In this document: in pieces, positions 1 through 12,998 of the stretch
How the letters are laid out: the number at the start of each line of letters is the position of its first letter
How positions within the stretch are numbered: position 1 is the stretch's first letter
Assembly: GCA_020891255.1 (NCBI GenBank)
Contig: BQFW01000008.1
Span: 2,790,001-2,854,000, forward strand
Length of the DNA: 64,000 nt
From: Entomortierella parvispora E1425
Lineage: Eukaryota > Fungi > Mortierellomycota
Direction: 5' to 3'
The notes under the pieces: generated by a model
The model's input: the letters and a program-made list of their open reading frames with translations, nothing else
What the model was told of the DNA's origin: nothing
The model's database searches: none
Position numbers and translations under genes: made by a program

Positions 1-2273
1 CTTTCCTCGTCACATTCAACAGCGAGAGCCCGTCCCTCAATTGCTGAAGGCACCCCATCCAGACCTTGATGCAGAGGCGTACCATTTCTTAGCATTGCTG
101 GTGAAGGACTTCATTAATACATGGTACTCGAGCTTTTCGTCGGACCCAGAATTAGTCGCGGCCATTGTCAATGTGGTCCATCAAATTGCTCGAGAACTGG
201 AAAAGAGGAGTCAGCAGGTAACGAGACTATATTCTTTTTTCAAGCTCTCTATATGCCATAGGCGACTGGATCTAACATAACAGCCCTCCTTCCTCTATAT
301 AGGTTGACTGGGTCGCGCTTTTGCTGCAGGAAGTGCCTGAAGTTCTGAAGGCACACTACTCCGACTATCGACAGGCAGCTCAAAAATTCGACACGGCTTT
401 TGCACCCAATCAATCGATCGAATCCATCTTTCACGGACTGCAGCCTCACTTTGCGCTCAGGGACAATGAAGAATCAGAAAAGGAATATCTGAGGCAGCTT
501 GCGGATGAGATCTTGAAGGCTCTATTGCCAAAAGTCGAGTACCAGTCAGATTGCGTGCGATGGCTGGTCAGGGAGATCATGTGCTGCCTCATCCTCAGGA
601 GTGTTGTCGAGATCTTGACAGAGCCGGACATGATCAACTACATTGTAAACACTGTATGTGCCCTCTTCACTATGGATGCGATGGAGTTACTTGGTGTCCG
701 TGGAGACTGAATGCTGACGTTCTGCATCTTTCTCTCTAGTTACTGGCTAGCTTTGAACCGACGGACAAGGAGTATGAGGATTTCTTGCAAAAAGGAGCAG
801 AGGACATTATCAGACTCAAAGAGCATGACAAACTATCGTCTTTTTTGTCAGGAATGCACAGTACGCCGTCTTCATCAACAAGAGGAAAACTCATACATCG
901 CTCATCGACGCCTAATATCAAAACTACAGACGAGATGGTTGATTTACTTCAGGATGCACAAGCCTCTGTACTGGAACCATCGCCTAGTGACCGCCACCAT
1001 CCACCCCCTCGACTTAGTCATGCAAAGACCTCGCCATTCTTGTCAAGACCTGAAAGGCATGACAATATCCTCACTCAAAGACTTGCAGGGGCGGAGACCA
1101 GAGGTGTACATTCACCACCCCCAGGCAAGAGTACTTCTGGTGGATCAAACAATGGCAACAGCAGGATATCTGTGTCACCACAATACATCCCGCCTGAAGA
1201 GGCACCACTACCAATACCCGTGAACGAGTTCAGCAATATTGGTCAAAAATTACAATACCCCGATTCTCGGATATCCAACACATCAAAGTCTACAGCTCAG
1301 TCTGGGATCTCAACAGCCAAACAGCAGCATGGTCGCAACACCTCAGCACGAAATTCTAATGTGTGGCCAGCATGGATATGGAACCAAGCTGTTTGGACTG
1401 TGACGGTCGCCCCAGCTGAGTATACCTCGTATATGATCAAAAATGTTTTGATCCCATTCGGTGCCATGCTGGTGGCGTTTCTGCATTTCATGACGGCACT
1501 CCCAAACCGAATCTCTCAGGTGTCACAGTCTTTGGCATGGATCTATTCAGAAATTGAGGCTCCAGCACATGTGGAACTGGAAGCTGGAGTCTTTGGACTT
1601 TTGAATGAAGTCTTTTATCTCGAGCAACGGAATCCCGTCATCTGGAGGCAATGGGAAATTATGGGCTGGCCGCTTGTCAGGACCTTAGGAGGCGGGGCAA
1701 TTGATAGGTAAGACGTTTGTTTTGTTTTTCCCTTGGGCCATTGTTGCACTTTTTAGATTATTACTTCACATGTCTGACGAGGCATTTGTGGTTCATTCTT
1801 GGTTGGTGTTATACACTCTAGACTTTTGGCGCATGGAGTTCACTGGATATTTGCAGAAAAGCAACTAGTCACCTACATCCAGGCTGGTCGGAGGGCACTC
1901 TGGCCGGACCCCAACTCATCTCCCCCTCGACCAAGAGGTGTAAATGAGATGGAGAAAGCACGAAAGGAAGCGGAGCTCAGGATTTTACGCACAATTCCAG
2001 GTATGTTGATGACGAAGGACAATATTGTTCGGTTGACGATTGAGAGAAACTGACCTTTCTTTTTTTTTTTTTTTTTTTTTTTTTGTGTATGTGTTTGGTC
2101 GTCTAGCACACCTTCGGGACGTCTTTTTTGGAAAGCAAGGAATCCATCACCTACAAGCTGCTCAAGACGCGCTTGAACCGTTTCAGAACAAGATCTGCAA
2201 CAAGCACCTGATATACATTGCGCTCGACCTCTTATTGTCCAAGGTCGTCCCTGAAATATACCCCGATCAATAA
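1..2273 (+). CDS. PXA-domain / sorting-nexin C-terminal (MDM1/SNX13-14-like) protein, 5'-truncated by the window edge, about 5 visible exons
   Basis: PXA-like segments 'AEAYHFLALLVKDFINTWYSSFS' and 'EKEYLRQLADEILKALLP..YQSDCVRWLVREI'; C-terminal 'HLRDVFFGKQGIHHLQAAQDALEPFQNKICNKHLIYIALDLLL' resembles Nexin_C. GT..AG introns near 219, 654, 1708 and 2002 join ORFs 41-280, 321-710, 785-1711, 1799-2053 and 2040-2273. Confidence 0.75.
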
Positions 2274-2408
2274 ATAACGAGAGGACGTTCATTTGCAAGT
2301 ATTGAATCAACTCATGTCGCCTTCACATCAAGTAGGTTATTTGACTGTTCAAAGCTCCTTCACTCTTGCAGGAAACCAAATTATCTTCACTGCAAGGGAG
2401 ATTTATTC

Positions 2409-5400
2409 TTAGTGGTTACTGTGTTGAGACGAGAGATCAGTTGGCTCGGATGGGGCAGGAGGGTTTGCAGCGACGGCCTTGATAACAATGACAAAGTCAG
2501 AGTAATCAATCGCGCCGTCTTGCTTTAGTAGCTTCCTCTGCTCCTGATTGAATCCAATGGCTCTGGTAATCCTCGCTCCAGTTGCCACCAGGCGGTGCTT
2601 ATCCGTTGAGCACCATTTCAAGGTGACCTTGATCGAACTTGCATCGTCATCATCCACAACTCTCCACGCGCAAAGGTCATTGGCTCCTGTCACAAACTCT
2701 AGAGATCCTGTTGGGTCCCAGACCACCTTGTTCACGGTCGCAATGAAATCTCGAAGAATGGCCACGCAAATCCAGCTGGAATGTGCCTCATTCGACTGGT
2801 TCTTCCATAGCCGTACAACGCGATCTTCGCCACAGGTTGCTATCCAATTTGGCGCCCAACCGATGTAGTTGACCTTGCCAGTTTTCTCTAGGACAAATGT
2901 TTCCTGCCCTGACTTTAAATCATAGATATGGACCCGACCTGTGTAGATTTCATTTTTGACTCCAGCCCAGGCAACAAAGTCGCCGCAAGGTGAAAACGCC
3001 AGATGCTTGACACCATCCACTGTAAATCTTGTCGACGTTTTGCTTTCGGTGTCACTCAGCTGAACCGTTCCGTCCATACTGCGTGAATGGAGCCTGCGGC
3101 CACATTTCGAAAATCGAAGCTCACAAATAATGTTTGGATGTGTGGCGATGATGCGCTCGTCTCCGTTCGAGCGTCGATCCGCCAGTCTGACGACCCCCGT
3201 GGGGGAACCATACGCAATCCACCGGCCACAAGCCGAGTACTCTAGGCAAATAAGGCCTTGAAGAAGGATACTTGGGTCAGTGACAGGGGGCCCGGCCAAT
3301 CGATTATAGACCAACAATCCTCCTCTGACCAACGCTGCAATCTGGTTGCCCTCTGGTGACAAGGCCAAGCCATAAACAGATACCGTGTTTTGAACTACTA
3401 TTTTGGAGGTGCCTGTGCCGATGTCCCACTCGCGAACTGTCGGTTCGAAACTACTGGACAGGAGATAATCACCGCTTGCTGAATAAACAACGTCCGTGAT
3501 GCTCCGAGTATGAGCCACAGCTGCAGAAAGAATCGTGGTGTCTGTGATTTCGTTCTTGGCTTCTGCACCATTCAAAGACCAAAATCGGACCGTGTTGTCT
3601 TCACCGAGCGACACGAGTCTGAAATCGCTCAAAAAGTCCACATAGAAGACCGTCCCAGAATGGCCACTCAACGTACTCTTCCATTCTTTGGTTTGCCAGT
3701 CCCACACTCTTATTGTTCCGTCTCTGCAACACGACGCGATCCATTGGCCATTGGGCGAGATGGCTGTACTGAATGTGAATTCGTCGGATTTTCTCCCAGC
3801 GCTAGAGTCGTCGGGAGTCAGGGGGTCGAGGCGACATAGCCTGTTTCCAGAACTTGAATAAAGATGTTGACTATCGGGTGAAAATACACAACTTCCGACA
3901 GCCACGTTTGGAATATGGTATTCTTGCTCACGCTCCCCTGACTCTGCGAGCCATACATACGCTATTCCCCGGTAGCTAATCGATGCCAATCGGAGTCCGT
4001 CCGGTGACCAAAGGGTGCTTGCTACCTCGCCGGGGTGCTCTAATACAAACAGAGCTTCCCCTGAGCTGAGATCCCAGATACGAACGGTGTGGTCATCCGA
4101 TCCTGACGCAATACGGTCTTCGTCGGGTGAGTAGGTAATGCTGTAGACGTACGATGTATGACCACTCAACTGTCGAGGGTGAGAGCCATCTTGCAATGTC
4201 CAAATTCGAATCAACCCGTCTATATCTCCTGACGCCATCGAGAGTCCCGAGTGAGAAAATGCCAGGGACGAGACTCTTTTCGGATGATGTGGTGCCTGGA
4301 AGCAATCGGTCCAATCTCTCAAGTTCATGATTCTGACCTTCCCATCAGCGAATCCCAGGCCGAGCACGGTCTTGTCTGGTGAGACTGCCATTGTGATCGC
4401 TCCCTCAAAATAATGGTATGGCTCATCGCCTAAACGGACATTGTTCACTCGAGTTTGACTGAAATTCGCCTGTCGCAGCCAAGAGTTTGAAAGATTCACC
4501 CCATCCAAATTGGCATCTTGAAGCTGAGCAGAATCAAAATATCCTCCAGTGAGATCGGCACCAGGGATCTGAATGCCCCGCAGATCTGTACCATTGAACT
4601 GAACTCCAGCTTTGATCAGGACTGTGATAGCGTTGGAAGCAGCTTGGCTCACGGTGCCATCCACCTTGGAAAGGTTGACAATGGTCTGGAGTTGATCCTT
4701 AAAGTCTGGCGACTCTTGGACACGCTCAGCCAAGAAGTGTACGATCGATGGCTCAAGCATAATACTCCTTTCGTTGAAAGGATGATCGACAAGTGTGGGC
4801 GAGCCATTCTCAGAACTGAGGTAGGCTGTAAGGCGTAGTGGGAAGGCCTCATCCTCAGACTCGTGCTCTTGTGAGAGCTTTGGTTCGTATATCATGCACG
4901 TGTAAAAGTACTCCATGAGCGACCGATGGGTGAACTCGTGCCTCGTCCCAATCCGGATCAACGGACTTGACTCCCGCAGCATCTTGATTCCGGCATTCAA
5001 TCCAAAGAACTGAGATTTCCACGATTTTTTATCCTCCATGGTAAAATACTTGACGGCATTGACGCCATCTTGCACCTTGAATATGGATTCTGAGAGACGG
5101 GACGCGAAATCAATTCCAGTGCGCACAAAGTCGTCCTCTATTTCAGCAAATGCATCCAAGTCGGCTTGAGTCATTCGGCCCCTAGCTCTCTGTACGTTCA
5201 ATCGGTCCAGCTCGTGCATGAAGTGCTGTAGAACATACTCGTCGTATAGCTTGACTCGAGTCATTCTTGTCAGGGTAAGATCATCGCCCTTCCTGACGAG
5301 ACTGGGGAGGACATCCAACATCAGCCTAAGCAGGAATGGGTTCCTGATGAGATCCATGAGTTGAGGCACAATTTTGAGCAGATTCAAATACGTGTCTGCC

Positions 5401-7783
5401 GACCACACGGACGTATTTTCAAAGAGCAATTGAGTTTCTGGGGAAGAAACATACTGATCAATATAGTCTTTGATCTGCTCCATTCTGAATGGGACAATGA
5501 CGGCCTCCTCAAACAAATCTGGCTTGTTGACGAAACGCCGGCTATAGTCGTTGCTGGCTTGTGGCTCAAAATGAACTCGATAGTTTGGCCCCAGATGCTG
5601 GCTCCGGCAGGTGATGATCATCTTGGCAGACCAATTGTTGGCTTTGTTCAACGAGTTGTTTGTGTGGAAGTTGGTCCATTTGCGACATTCGTCATACCCA
5701 TCGCAGATCAATAGGATCTTTCGGGTCCTCCTGAGCTCGTTGATATGTGACTCGGAAAACTGGTAGCTGAGAAACTGTTGTTGGATCATGTCCTTGTCAA
5801 GTTCCGGGACAGATTTGAGATCGATGAAAAGTGGAATTTCACCACCAGCCGAATATCTTCCCCACTGTTCGTACTCGAGTCTCCTGTTGAAGGTCGATTT
5901 TCCAGATCCAGAATCGCCAAGGATCAACATCACCTCTCGCTTGTTTGCCAAAAACTCGTCCACTCGATCTTTCAAGGACACAAGTTCTTCATCAGTGGCC
6001 AGCAGGCTTGCTTTGGATAGTGCCTCAACGTACACCTCTCGTGGATCATATTCGCTGCATCGTTGGCGTCGGAGTCGTTCCAGTACGAGTTCAAGATCAG
6101 GGTTGTCTTGGACACCCCTCAACAACAGTGACGACACCGGCAGGGGTAAGCGGCTCATCACATTGTATGGGCATTGAGAATACTTCAAGGCTGGAATGTT
6201 ACTTGTACTCAGTGTTTGAGCTTGGAGAATAGCAGCGCTGATGACCTTTTCACTGCATCCGGGAAGAGTCAAGGCCGTATGAACGATTGTGAAGACCAAA
6301 GGTCGGATATCTCGTTTTCCCCCTACCACGGCATTGACCTCGCAGATCTCGCCAAGAAATTCTACTGCTTGACTTCGAGTAGTTGCATCCCAGGATGAAT
6401 CGAGTACCATCTTTCCAAGGATCTCACAAAGTCCCCATTGAAATTTGGGATCATCGACAGAGGGTTCGTCACAGATGTACTTGTTGAGGTCTGCCAATTG
6501 ACGACCTTGGACAAAGGCGTCGACTCCACGGACTGCAAGATACCATTGCCTATTGTCTCTGGCGCTGTAAGCGTTCTTGGCGCTGTCTACGATCTCACAT
6601 CCGGCATCGTAGAGTTGTTGTAGACTATCGGGGATGTTGCTGTAGTCACCGTTGAGGACACCGGTTATCTTGAGTACTCCACCCCCAACAGCGACTGCTC
6701 GCCGAGTGGCACATCCCAGCGCACTCTCGTTATCTGGGACAAACTCAAGTGCCTGCAACGCGTACAGTGCCTTGTACTGCAAAAATAAATTTTTGCTGCT
6801 GCTGAGATTTGCGAGTGCCTTTTTCAGGGGCCCATGATCCACCTCACGGTCAAGGTTCTTGACCTTGTTGTCTGCCATGACATCCAGTACCTTGATAGCT
6901 TGTTCAACTAGATGGATGGAGTTCTGCTCTGACTGCTGTCCAGGATCCTCCAGTCGTGCTGCGATGGCACGGAGAATCTGAATCATATCGTCAGACTCGA
7001 GGTAACCTGATGGTGCGTCTTGTACCAATTGAGCCAATCCCTGGAGCATCTCTATGTCCAGAATTCCATTCTTATCAAACCCGTCCATGAAGCAGCACAA
7101 AGAGAGCGATGTATGGTTTCTTTGCAAGGACGGGACCCAAGAGGACGACTTCGCAAATGGCCTCGGTTTTCTTGATGGGCAAAGCAACGAAATGGCTGAC
7201 GATGTGATTCAACAACTGCTCAAGAAACTCTTGTTCCTGAGGATAATCCCTCATTTTCTGAACCCAATCACGTTGGGTATCAGTCAACGAGTCTCCGTCT
7301 GGAAGAATGGGTCCCTTGCTGGCTCTTGTTAAAAGTTGAATACAAAACACCAGCTGGAAGGTATCGACCAATTGACCGCCTATCATTGGAAGAGGAACCT
7401 CCTCCATCTCCCTGGAGACACCGTTTCGCGGGAAGATGTCTGAACGAAGGACATGCTTGGCAATGGGTTGCGCTGGTGGGCTTGATGGATTGGGCGTCGT
7501 TGGTCTTTTTGAAAGAGACAAGACGGCATCAGGCACGGCGCTGCTGACAAGTGCAATGCCCAGGCCACGGATCACTGACTTGATACCGCCATTTTTACTC
7601 GAGGAGGATGATGCAGCTGCCGACTTGACTTCAGGCGGCACTGGAGAGGGAGAACGAAACGTGTTCTTAAAAAATGACCGGAGGGACCCAGTGCTCTTGT
7701 TGCGTATGGCTTCGCCCTCAGTATTTTTTTTTTGTCGTCTCTGAGCTTGAGACAGCCAAGCGTGGAGGAGAGGAGTTTGTCAT
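2409..7783 (-). CDS. NLR-like protein (Arm-like helical domain, NACHT, pentapeptide repeats, WD40) with two apparent +1 frameshifts in the 5' part
   Basis: ORF 2409-7187 has P-loop GDSGSGKST, Walker B 'LLICDGYDE', pentapeptide 'FNGTDLRGIQIPGADL' and WD40 repeats. ORF 7075-7641 supplies the N-terminal 'GGQLVDTFQLVFCIQLL' segment. Removing one A from the A10 run (7724-7733) and one T at 7099-7101 gives one continuous frame from ATG 7783. Confidence 0.85.
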
Positions 7784-8462
7784 GACCTGAACGCTATGAA
7801 TGAAGAAGAGGTAGGCGATAGAACAACGGAAGAGTCAGGGTGTTGGTTACCGAAACTGTGAAACTGTAATCGATTTAAGACTTTCTGCATCTTACCTGAT
7901 CAAATTCAGAAACTCACAGCGGCGGATATACGGTACAGTTCGTTGACTGACGACTCAAGGATGGTGGAAACTACACAATGAAAGAGAGAAGCATTTGTTA
8001 AAAATGTAGGGAGAATGAGCATCCTGTTAGCGGCCGTCAACTCGTCTCTTACTTTTTTTTTTTTGGCTGCTGATACAGTTTTCTGTCAGCGTTCCAGGAC
8101 GTTTGCAAAGGACAAAACTAGGGTCAAAAATTCAGAAGGGGAGGAGAGGGGAGAATAAGGTGAAAAGATGGAGAGCAATGAACAAAAGTGCCCCGCCCCC
8201 AATCCCAAGCCCTCGCCCTCTCCTCGCCCTGCCATATGGCCCAGTCGGCGCCGCCGAATGTTTGCTCCCCCCATGGTGCACTCATTATTGCAGTCACAGC
8301 ACCATTCGCACACAACAAACCCGCTCATCCTGGCCCGAAATAACCCAAAGCAACAAAGAACTTTGTAACCAGCCTCATCATCCCCCGCCCAGGATGTCGG
8401 ATTTCTCTTTTTTCTTTTTTTTTTATTTTTCTTTTTCTTTTTTTTTGTATGTTTGCGTATGT

Positions 8463-8512
8463 GTTTGCGTTTGCGTTTGCGTTTGCGTTTGCGTTTGCGT
8501 TTGCGTTTGCGT
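8463..8512. repeat. (GTTTGC)n hexanucleotide microsatellite, about 8 copies
   Basis: Directly visible perfect tandem run next to poly-T tracts. Confidence 0.95.
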
Positions 8513-8558
8513 AGTATCCGCCATTCTCCATCCAACAAAGACATTTCACCATACTTGA

Positions 8559-10082
8559 TCACTCACCCTTGGTAAAGTGATTCAGCTTTGGCCACACCGA
8601 CTTCATCCAATGCAACTTTCTTTCATTCTCCAATTGCGAAAGCCAAAAGTCGCCCTCTGGCAGGAAACGATTGTCCAGATGGAGAAAGCGACCATATTCG
8701 TCCACCAATACAACGGTCGAGAACATCACCTCTTCCAGTTCTCCCATCTCGGGAAAGGGTGCCAAAGTTTGAACTTGATCGTTTCCGGACCAAGAGGCAC
8801 GGTCCAGAGCGCCGACCTTGAGAGTCTTGAGTCCAATCGATCCAGAAGGGGCCAAATCGGTTCCTTTCATTTCGCTCAACTCATAGTCCCAGTGCCAATT
8901 CTCGGTCTCTTTTGGAAACAAAGAGACAGACTGAAGTCGCGGACATTCCAAATGGACCAGCTTCGGGCACGACCGAAAGGCCATTTCAATCAACCTTCTC
9001 TCTGCAGTAACATATGGCCTATGAGAACTCCAGTAGTTGATGTAGGTATCGTAGATACCCTCAAGACAAAGCGTTGTCAGAGACCCCAAATGTCTCTGGA
9101 CAGAATCAAGCGTATACTCTCCAAAGCGACAATGATTGAGAGAGAGCTCTTGCAATGGCCTCGGACAGCTGTCCAAGATCTGGGCCAGCTCCAAGTCATT
9201 GCTCAGGTACATGATTGCGACCTTGTAAAGATCATGACAGTGGTTCAGTCGGACCTTGATGCTGCTTTTCGCAATTAGTCGACTGCAGCACTGCAATGTG
9301 GTCGACATCAGTCGAGGGCAGTACTGCACTAACTCGAGCAGATAGCGCAGACCAGGTCTGTAACAGTTGACCAATTTGAACTCTTGGATAGGAAGGGCCA
9401 GAGTATCTTCAATGGGAAACAGATGGTCTTCGGCTTCATCCACCACCGTGCAGTGATGGACAACAAGGCACTGCAGAGATTGACAGACCCTCAAAACACC
9501 CAGCAGATCTGAATGGCTGAAATGAGAGTCTCTCAAGAGAAGTCTTTCCAAATGCGGGGTGGCATGAGCAATCGAACAGAGTGTGTTGCACAGATCAAAG
9601 TAGTGCAGGTCAAGGCTTTGGAGCCCTGGGTTGTTTGCGAAGAGGACTCTTGACTGGTCTGGCGGGATTTGATGAGAGCGAGAAGTCATTCTGTCCATTC
9701 GCAAGGAGCGCAAGGACGTGATCGTGGATACGGTGCTTGGTTCGTAGCTCGGGTCAATGGTCAGATACTTGATATGGCGCCCATGGCGGATTAGAGTCTG
9801 GGGGGTTGGCATCCCAACCAACCCATAGCGTGCTTGGGTGGCCATTCTTGCAACAGCTGGTGTCACAAGCGACTTGCAGCAGTATTCATCCCACGGGAAC
9901 ATTCTCAAATCAAGGGCCATATAGAGCCAAGGGGTGAACATGGCTTGCCATTCTTTGGAGACTCTTGAGCAGGCAGCCAAATCCGCTACACGAGTGAGGT
10001 GCCCCGCGATCAAGTGGTAGATCTCAGGAGGGAATTCGATCGCTCGACGATCAGGTTGGGCAGGAGCAGGGGGATCTGACAT
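8559..10082 (-). CDS. F-box / RNI-like LRR protein, single exon, 507 aa
   Basis: F-box motif 'FPPEIYHLIAGHLTRVADLAACSRVSKEW' followed by LRR-like repeats ('NPGLQSLDL', 'CPKLVHL'). Confidence 0.85.
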   Translation of the reverse strand: MSDPPAPAQPDRRAIEFPPEIYHLIAGHLTRVADLAACSRVSKEWQAMFTPWLYMALDLRMFPWDEYCCKSLVTPAVARMATQARYGLVGMPTPQTLIRHGRHIKYLTIDPSYEPSTVSTITSLRSLRMDRMTSRSHQIPPDQSRVLFANNPGLQSLDLHYFDLCNTLCSIAHATPHLERLLLRDSHFSHSDLLGVLRVCQSLQCLVVHHCTVVDEAEDHLFPIEDTLALPIQEFKLVNCYRPGLRYLLELVQYCPRLMSTTLQCCSRLIAKSSIKVRLNHCHDLYKVAIMYLSNDLELAQILDSCPRPLQELSLNHCRFGEYTLDSVQRHLGSLTTLCLEGIYDTYINYWSSHRPYVTAERRLIEMAFRSCPKLVHLECPRLQSVSLFPKETENWHWDYELSEMKGTDLAPSGSIGLKTLKVGALDRASWSGNDQVQTLAPFPEMGELEEVMFSTVVLVDEYGRFLHLDNRFLPEGDFWLSQLENERKLHWMKSVWPKLNHFTKGE

Positions 10083-10339
10083 TTGTGTTTATAGTGCAGT
10101 GCAGTGCGTGTGCGATTGACTGCTGAAGAGGTAGAGAAACAAGAAGAGTTTTCCGTGTCTCCGTGTGAGAAACAGCAAAGTGAGTGTTTAATTTGGCAGT
10201 CAAGAGGGTCAAAGCAACCCGGTATCATCACGATTCTCGTGTTCACGTCATTTGAGCAAGGTCCAGTCAACAATATGACTTTATTTGTATTCGGGTACCC
10301 GTTGGATACCTGCGGTGAAGAAGAAAAGGGACGGAGGAG

Positions 10340-11815
10340 TCAATTATCCACGCCTTGCACTACGACGCTATGAAAGGAAGGGGTCATCATACGGAAGCTC
10401 TGTAGATTGGGCCAGGCTTTGATCATCCACTTTGTGTCAATGCCCTCTTCGAGCTGCCATCGATTAAAGTCGCCTTCTTTCCAATAAAGCTGGGAATCGC
10501 TTTCGGCCGTGTCAGAGTTCTTGCGCACGACAGACACTTCTTCAAATTGGAGATGCTTGAGGTATTTTAACGCCAACAGATGACTCGCGGCCCGTTTCCG
10601 CCTCTCGGCTGTCTTGGGCCAGACTAGACTCGCCACTCGGAACGTTTGAAGACCAACACAGGCCCAGTTGTGGACGCTGACGTTGTCGACCTTCATTTGA
10701 AGGCGTTTCATCACAGTCACGACGGCGGCCTCCTTCCCTTCGTGCCTCTCCTCCTCAAAAAGCGCGTCCATATCGAGAAGTGACGTGTGGAGTTCAATGA
10801 GCCGTGGGCAAGCCGCCAGGACGATCTCATACATCCAGTTGAGGAAATTGTGGCTACCGCTTAAATTCAGGGCACGCAGATGATCAAAGTGTCGACTCAG
10901 AGCGTTGATGGACAAATATCCGAAACCCGAACACATTAGATGAACGTCTGTGAGGTCCTGCCACAGGTGGAGTATGCCTGTCAACTCACCCTCATCATCG
11001 CGATGTGACACGTTGCGTATGACCAGTCGGGAGATTTGGATTGTGCGCAGCAACTTTCGGAGCTCGTCAAAGTCCAGAGCAAGAAGATCGTCCTCAGTGG
11101 GCGCAATGGCCAAACCACCTAATCGAGGAATGGACTCTCGCCACTCCTCTGAAGGTGGCGTATGAAAATAATAGAACCAACCCCCATTGGTGAAAGCAAA
11201 CTTGCTCAGACTCTGGTTCTTTTTGAGGACCCTTACCATATCTTCATGCCTGAAGAATGAGAAAATCACACAAAGGACTTCGAGTTGAAGACAATGTTTG
11301 GCTACTTGGTGAAAGAGCTTTGGGGCACCCTTGTGGTTGAGTCGTCGAATAGAAATACTTCGAATCAGTGGATTGCCGATCAGAACCTGCGAGAGCCCCT
11401 CCCAGTCCAAAGAGTTGTACACCACATCTTTTTTACCGCTCGGTGATTCGAGGTGCAAGCACAAGAGGCCATTGATAATTGGCGCCAGTTCACAAAGATA
11501 GGGGCAAGGAACACAGGGATAGAGTTCCCGGACCAGATGACCGTACTTTCGAATCAACGCCATGGGCAGGGGCAATTGATGAGAAGTATCGTTGTCGTTG
11601 TCGCTGTGGTTGTCGTTCGTCGGTAACGTCACAAAAGTATAGCCTTGCTGTGTTGTCTCCTTTGGGTTCTTCTCTTTGGGTCGGAGGTCAATTGATTTGT
11701 ACAATTCTGAGATGAATATCTCATTCCAGCTTTTGCAGACCAGGACGCTGGCAGCCTTGTCCTCCAGACTAAAATACTGAGCGACATGGAGCCAAATCTC
11801 GCTTGGCAAGAACAT
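10340..11815 (-). CDS. F-box / RNI-like LRR protein (paralog A), 491 aa
   Basis: True start taken as ATG 11815 ('MFLPSEIWLHVAQYFSLEDKAASVLVCKSWNEIF'). Clearly homologous end to end with 52225-53697 and 54180-55652. Confidence 0.9.
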   Translation of the reverse strand: MFLPSEIWLHVAQYFSLEDKAASVLVCKSWNEIFISELYKSIDLRPKEKNPKETTQQGYTFVTLPTNDNHSDNDNDTSHQLPLPMALIRKYGHLVRELYPCVPCPYLCELAPIINGLLCLHLESPSGKKDVVYNSLDWEGLSQVLIGNPLIRSISIRRLNHKGAPKLFHQVAKHCLQLEVLCVIFSFFRHEDMVRVLKKNQSLSKFAFTNGGWFYYFHTPPSEEWRESIPRLGGLAIAPTEDDLLALDFDELRKLLRTIQISRLVIRNVSHRDDEGELTGILHLWQDLTDVHLMCSGFGYLSINALSRHFDHLRALNLSGSHNFLNWMYEIVLAACPRLIELHTSLLDMDALFEEERHEGKEAAVVTVMKRLQMKVDNVSVHNWACVGLQTFRVASLVWPKTAERRKRAASHLLALKYLKHLQFEEVSVVRKNSDTAESDSQLYWKEGDFNRWQLEEGIDTKWMIKAWPNLQSFRMMTPSFHSVVVQGVDN

Positions 11816-11959
11816 CGAAAAGGGAGGAAACGGAGTGGGTGGGATGAGGGCGAGGTGGTGAGAGCTTGTATAAAGAAAAAGAGAAAGAGAGAGAAAGAAA
11901 GAAAGAAAAAGAAAAATTAGGATGCACAAAGAGGCGAAAGATGAGGCACAGCCGTAGAT

Positions 11960-12007
11960 GGTGGCAAACAGATGGTGGCAAACAGGGGTGGCAAACAGGG
12001 GGTGGCA
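11960..12007. promoter_or_regulatory. Three perfect GGTGGCAAA (PACE/Rpn4-like) motifs plus one partial, upstream of F-box A
   Basis: GGTGGCAAA at 11960, 11974 and 11987, GGTGGCA at 12001; about 145-190 bp upstream of ATG 11815. Confidence 0.6.
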
Positions 12008-12998
12008 GTGCTCATGAATCGGTTGACATTATCTAGCTAGGGTAGTGGACAAACAGGAGTTCTGTGGGATGGGATTTGAAAAGCCGGCTAAACTGCGGTT
12101 AAGGGTGTAAAATCCTTGGCAATGATCTTGAACAGAGAAAAAAAAAGTTTTTTATTGTGCCATGCGAACAATGGCACGGAGCACATCAGTCATGATAGAT
12201 CCACCCTCCTCCAACTTTGGTCTTCAAAGTTATCTAGTGAGGAGTGTCAGGGATTGCTCTTGTAACTTTGGTCGCCTTTGTCACTTTGACATCTGGACCA
12301 CTCTGTGCTGCACCTCAGTTCTCGTTTTTCAAAGTCGTTGCACCAAAATTGAACATTTTTGGAACCACGGCTCTGGTGACATCTCTTTTTTGCAGCCCGG
12401 TCCATTGTTTTGATCGCACGCAGCCTGATCCTGAAACACATACCCGACCTCTCCTCTCTTTCCCTTCCAATCCCCCAGGAATGCCACTGCTGTTGGTGAT
12501 GTTTTCTCACACTACCCTTCTCGGTCTCAATGAATTGGTCCTGGGAAAAATACAATAAAGAAAAAATAATTGAGAATGAGAGCGTTTTTGGCAGTGAACT
12601 GGTTCGATGCACAGGCTTTTTTCTTTTGAAAGACGCAGCGCACCAGTTCCTCTTTTTCGCCCAGTCCCAGCCCCTATTCTGAGGGAGACAAGGCAGAAGT
12701 CGACACTCCCGGATATAACGGCTAGAGCGCTCAGACAACTCCTCCCCCTGCATCGATACAACCATCAACGGCGGCGCGTGAACAGACACGTTCGAATTCA
12801 AAAAAATCTCTTGTCTTCATTGTTCTGTTCGCATTCTCCTCGCTCTCTCTGTTCTAGAGCCTCAGATATGTTTATTCTTAATTCACATACCCTATTCAAC
12901 ATTCGCTTTCTGGGATCTGTCGGAAGCCAAGTATCCACGAAGTGTCAGGAAGATACATCTTTCTCGTTCGCTGACACCGTGCTATAGGTGTCACTACT

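Noticed and set aside
8086-8562. Lys/Arg-rich and ANANAN/CVCVCV ORFs
   Set aside because: Translation artefacts of the (GTTTGC)n microsatellite and poly-T tracts.
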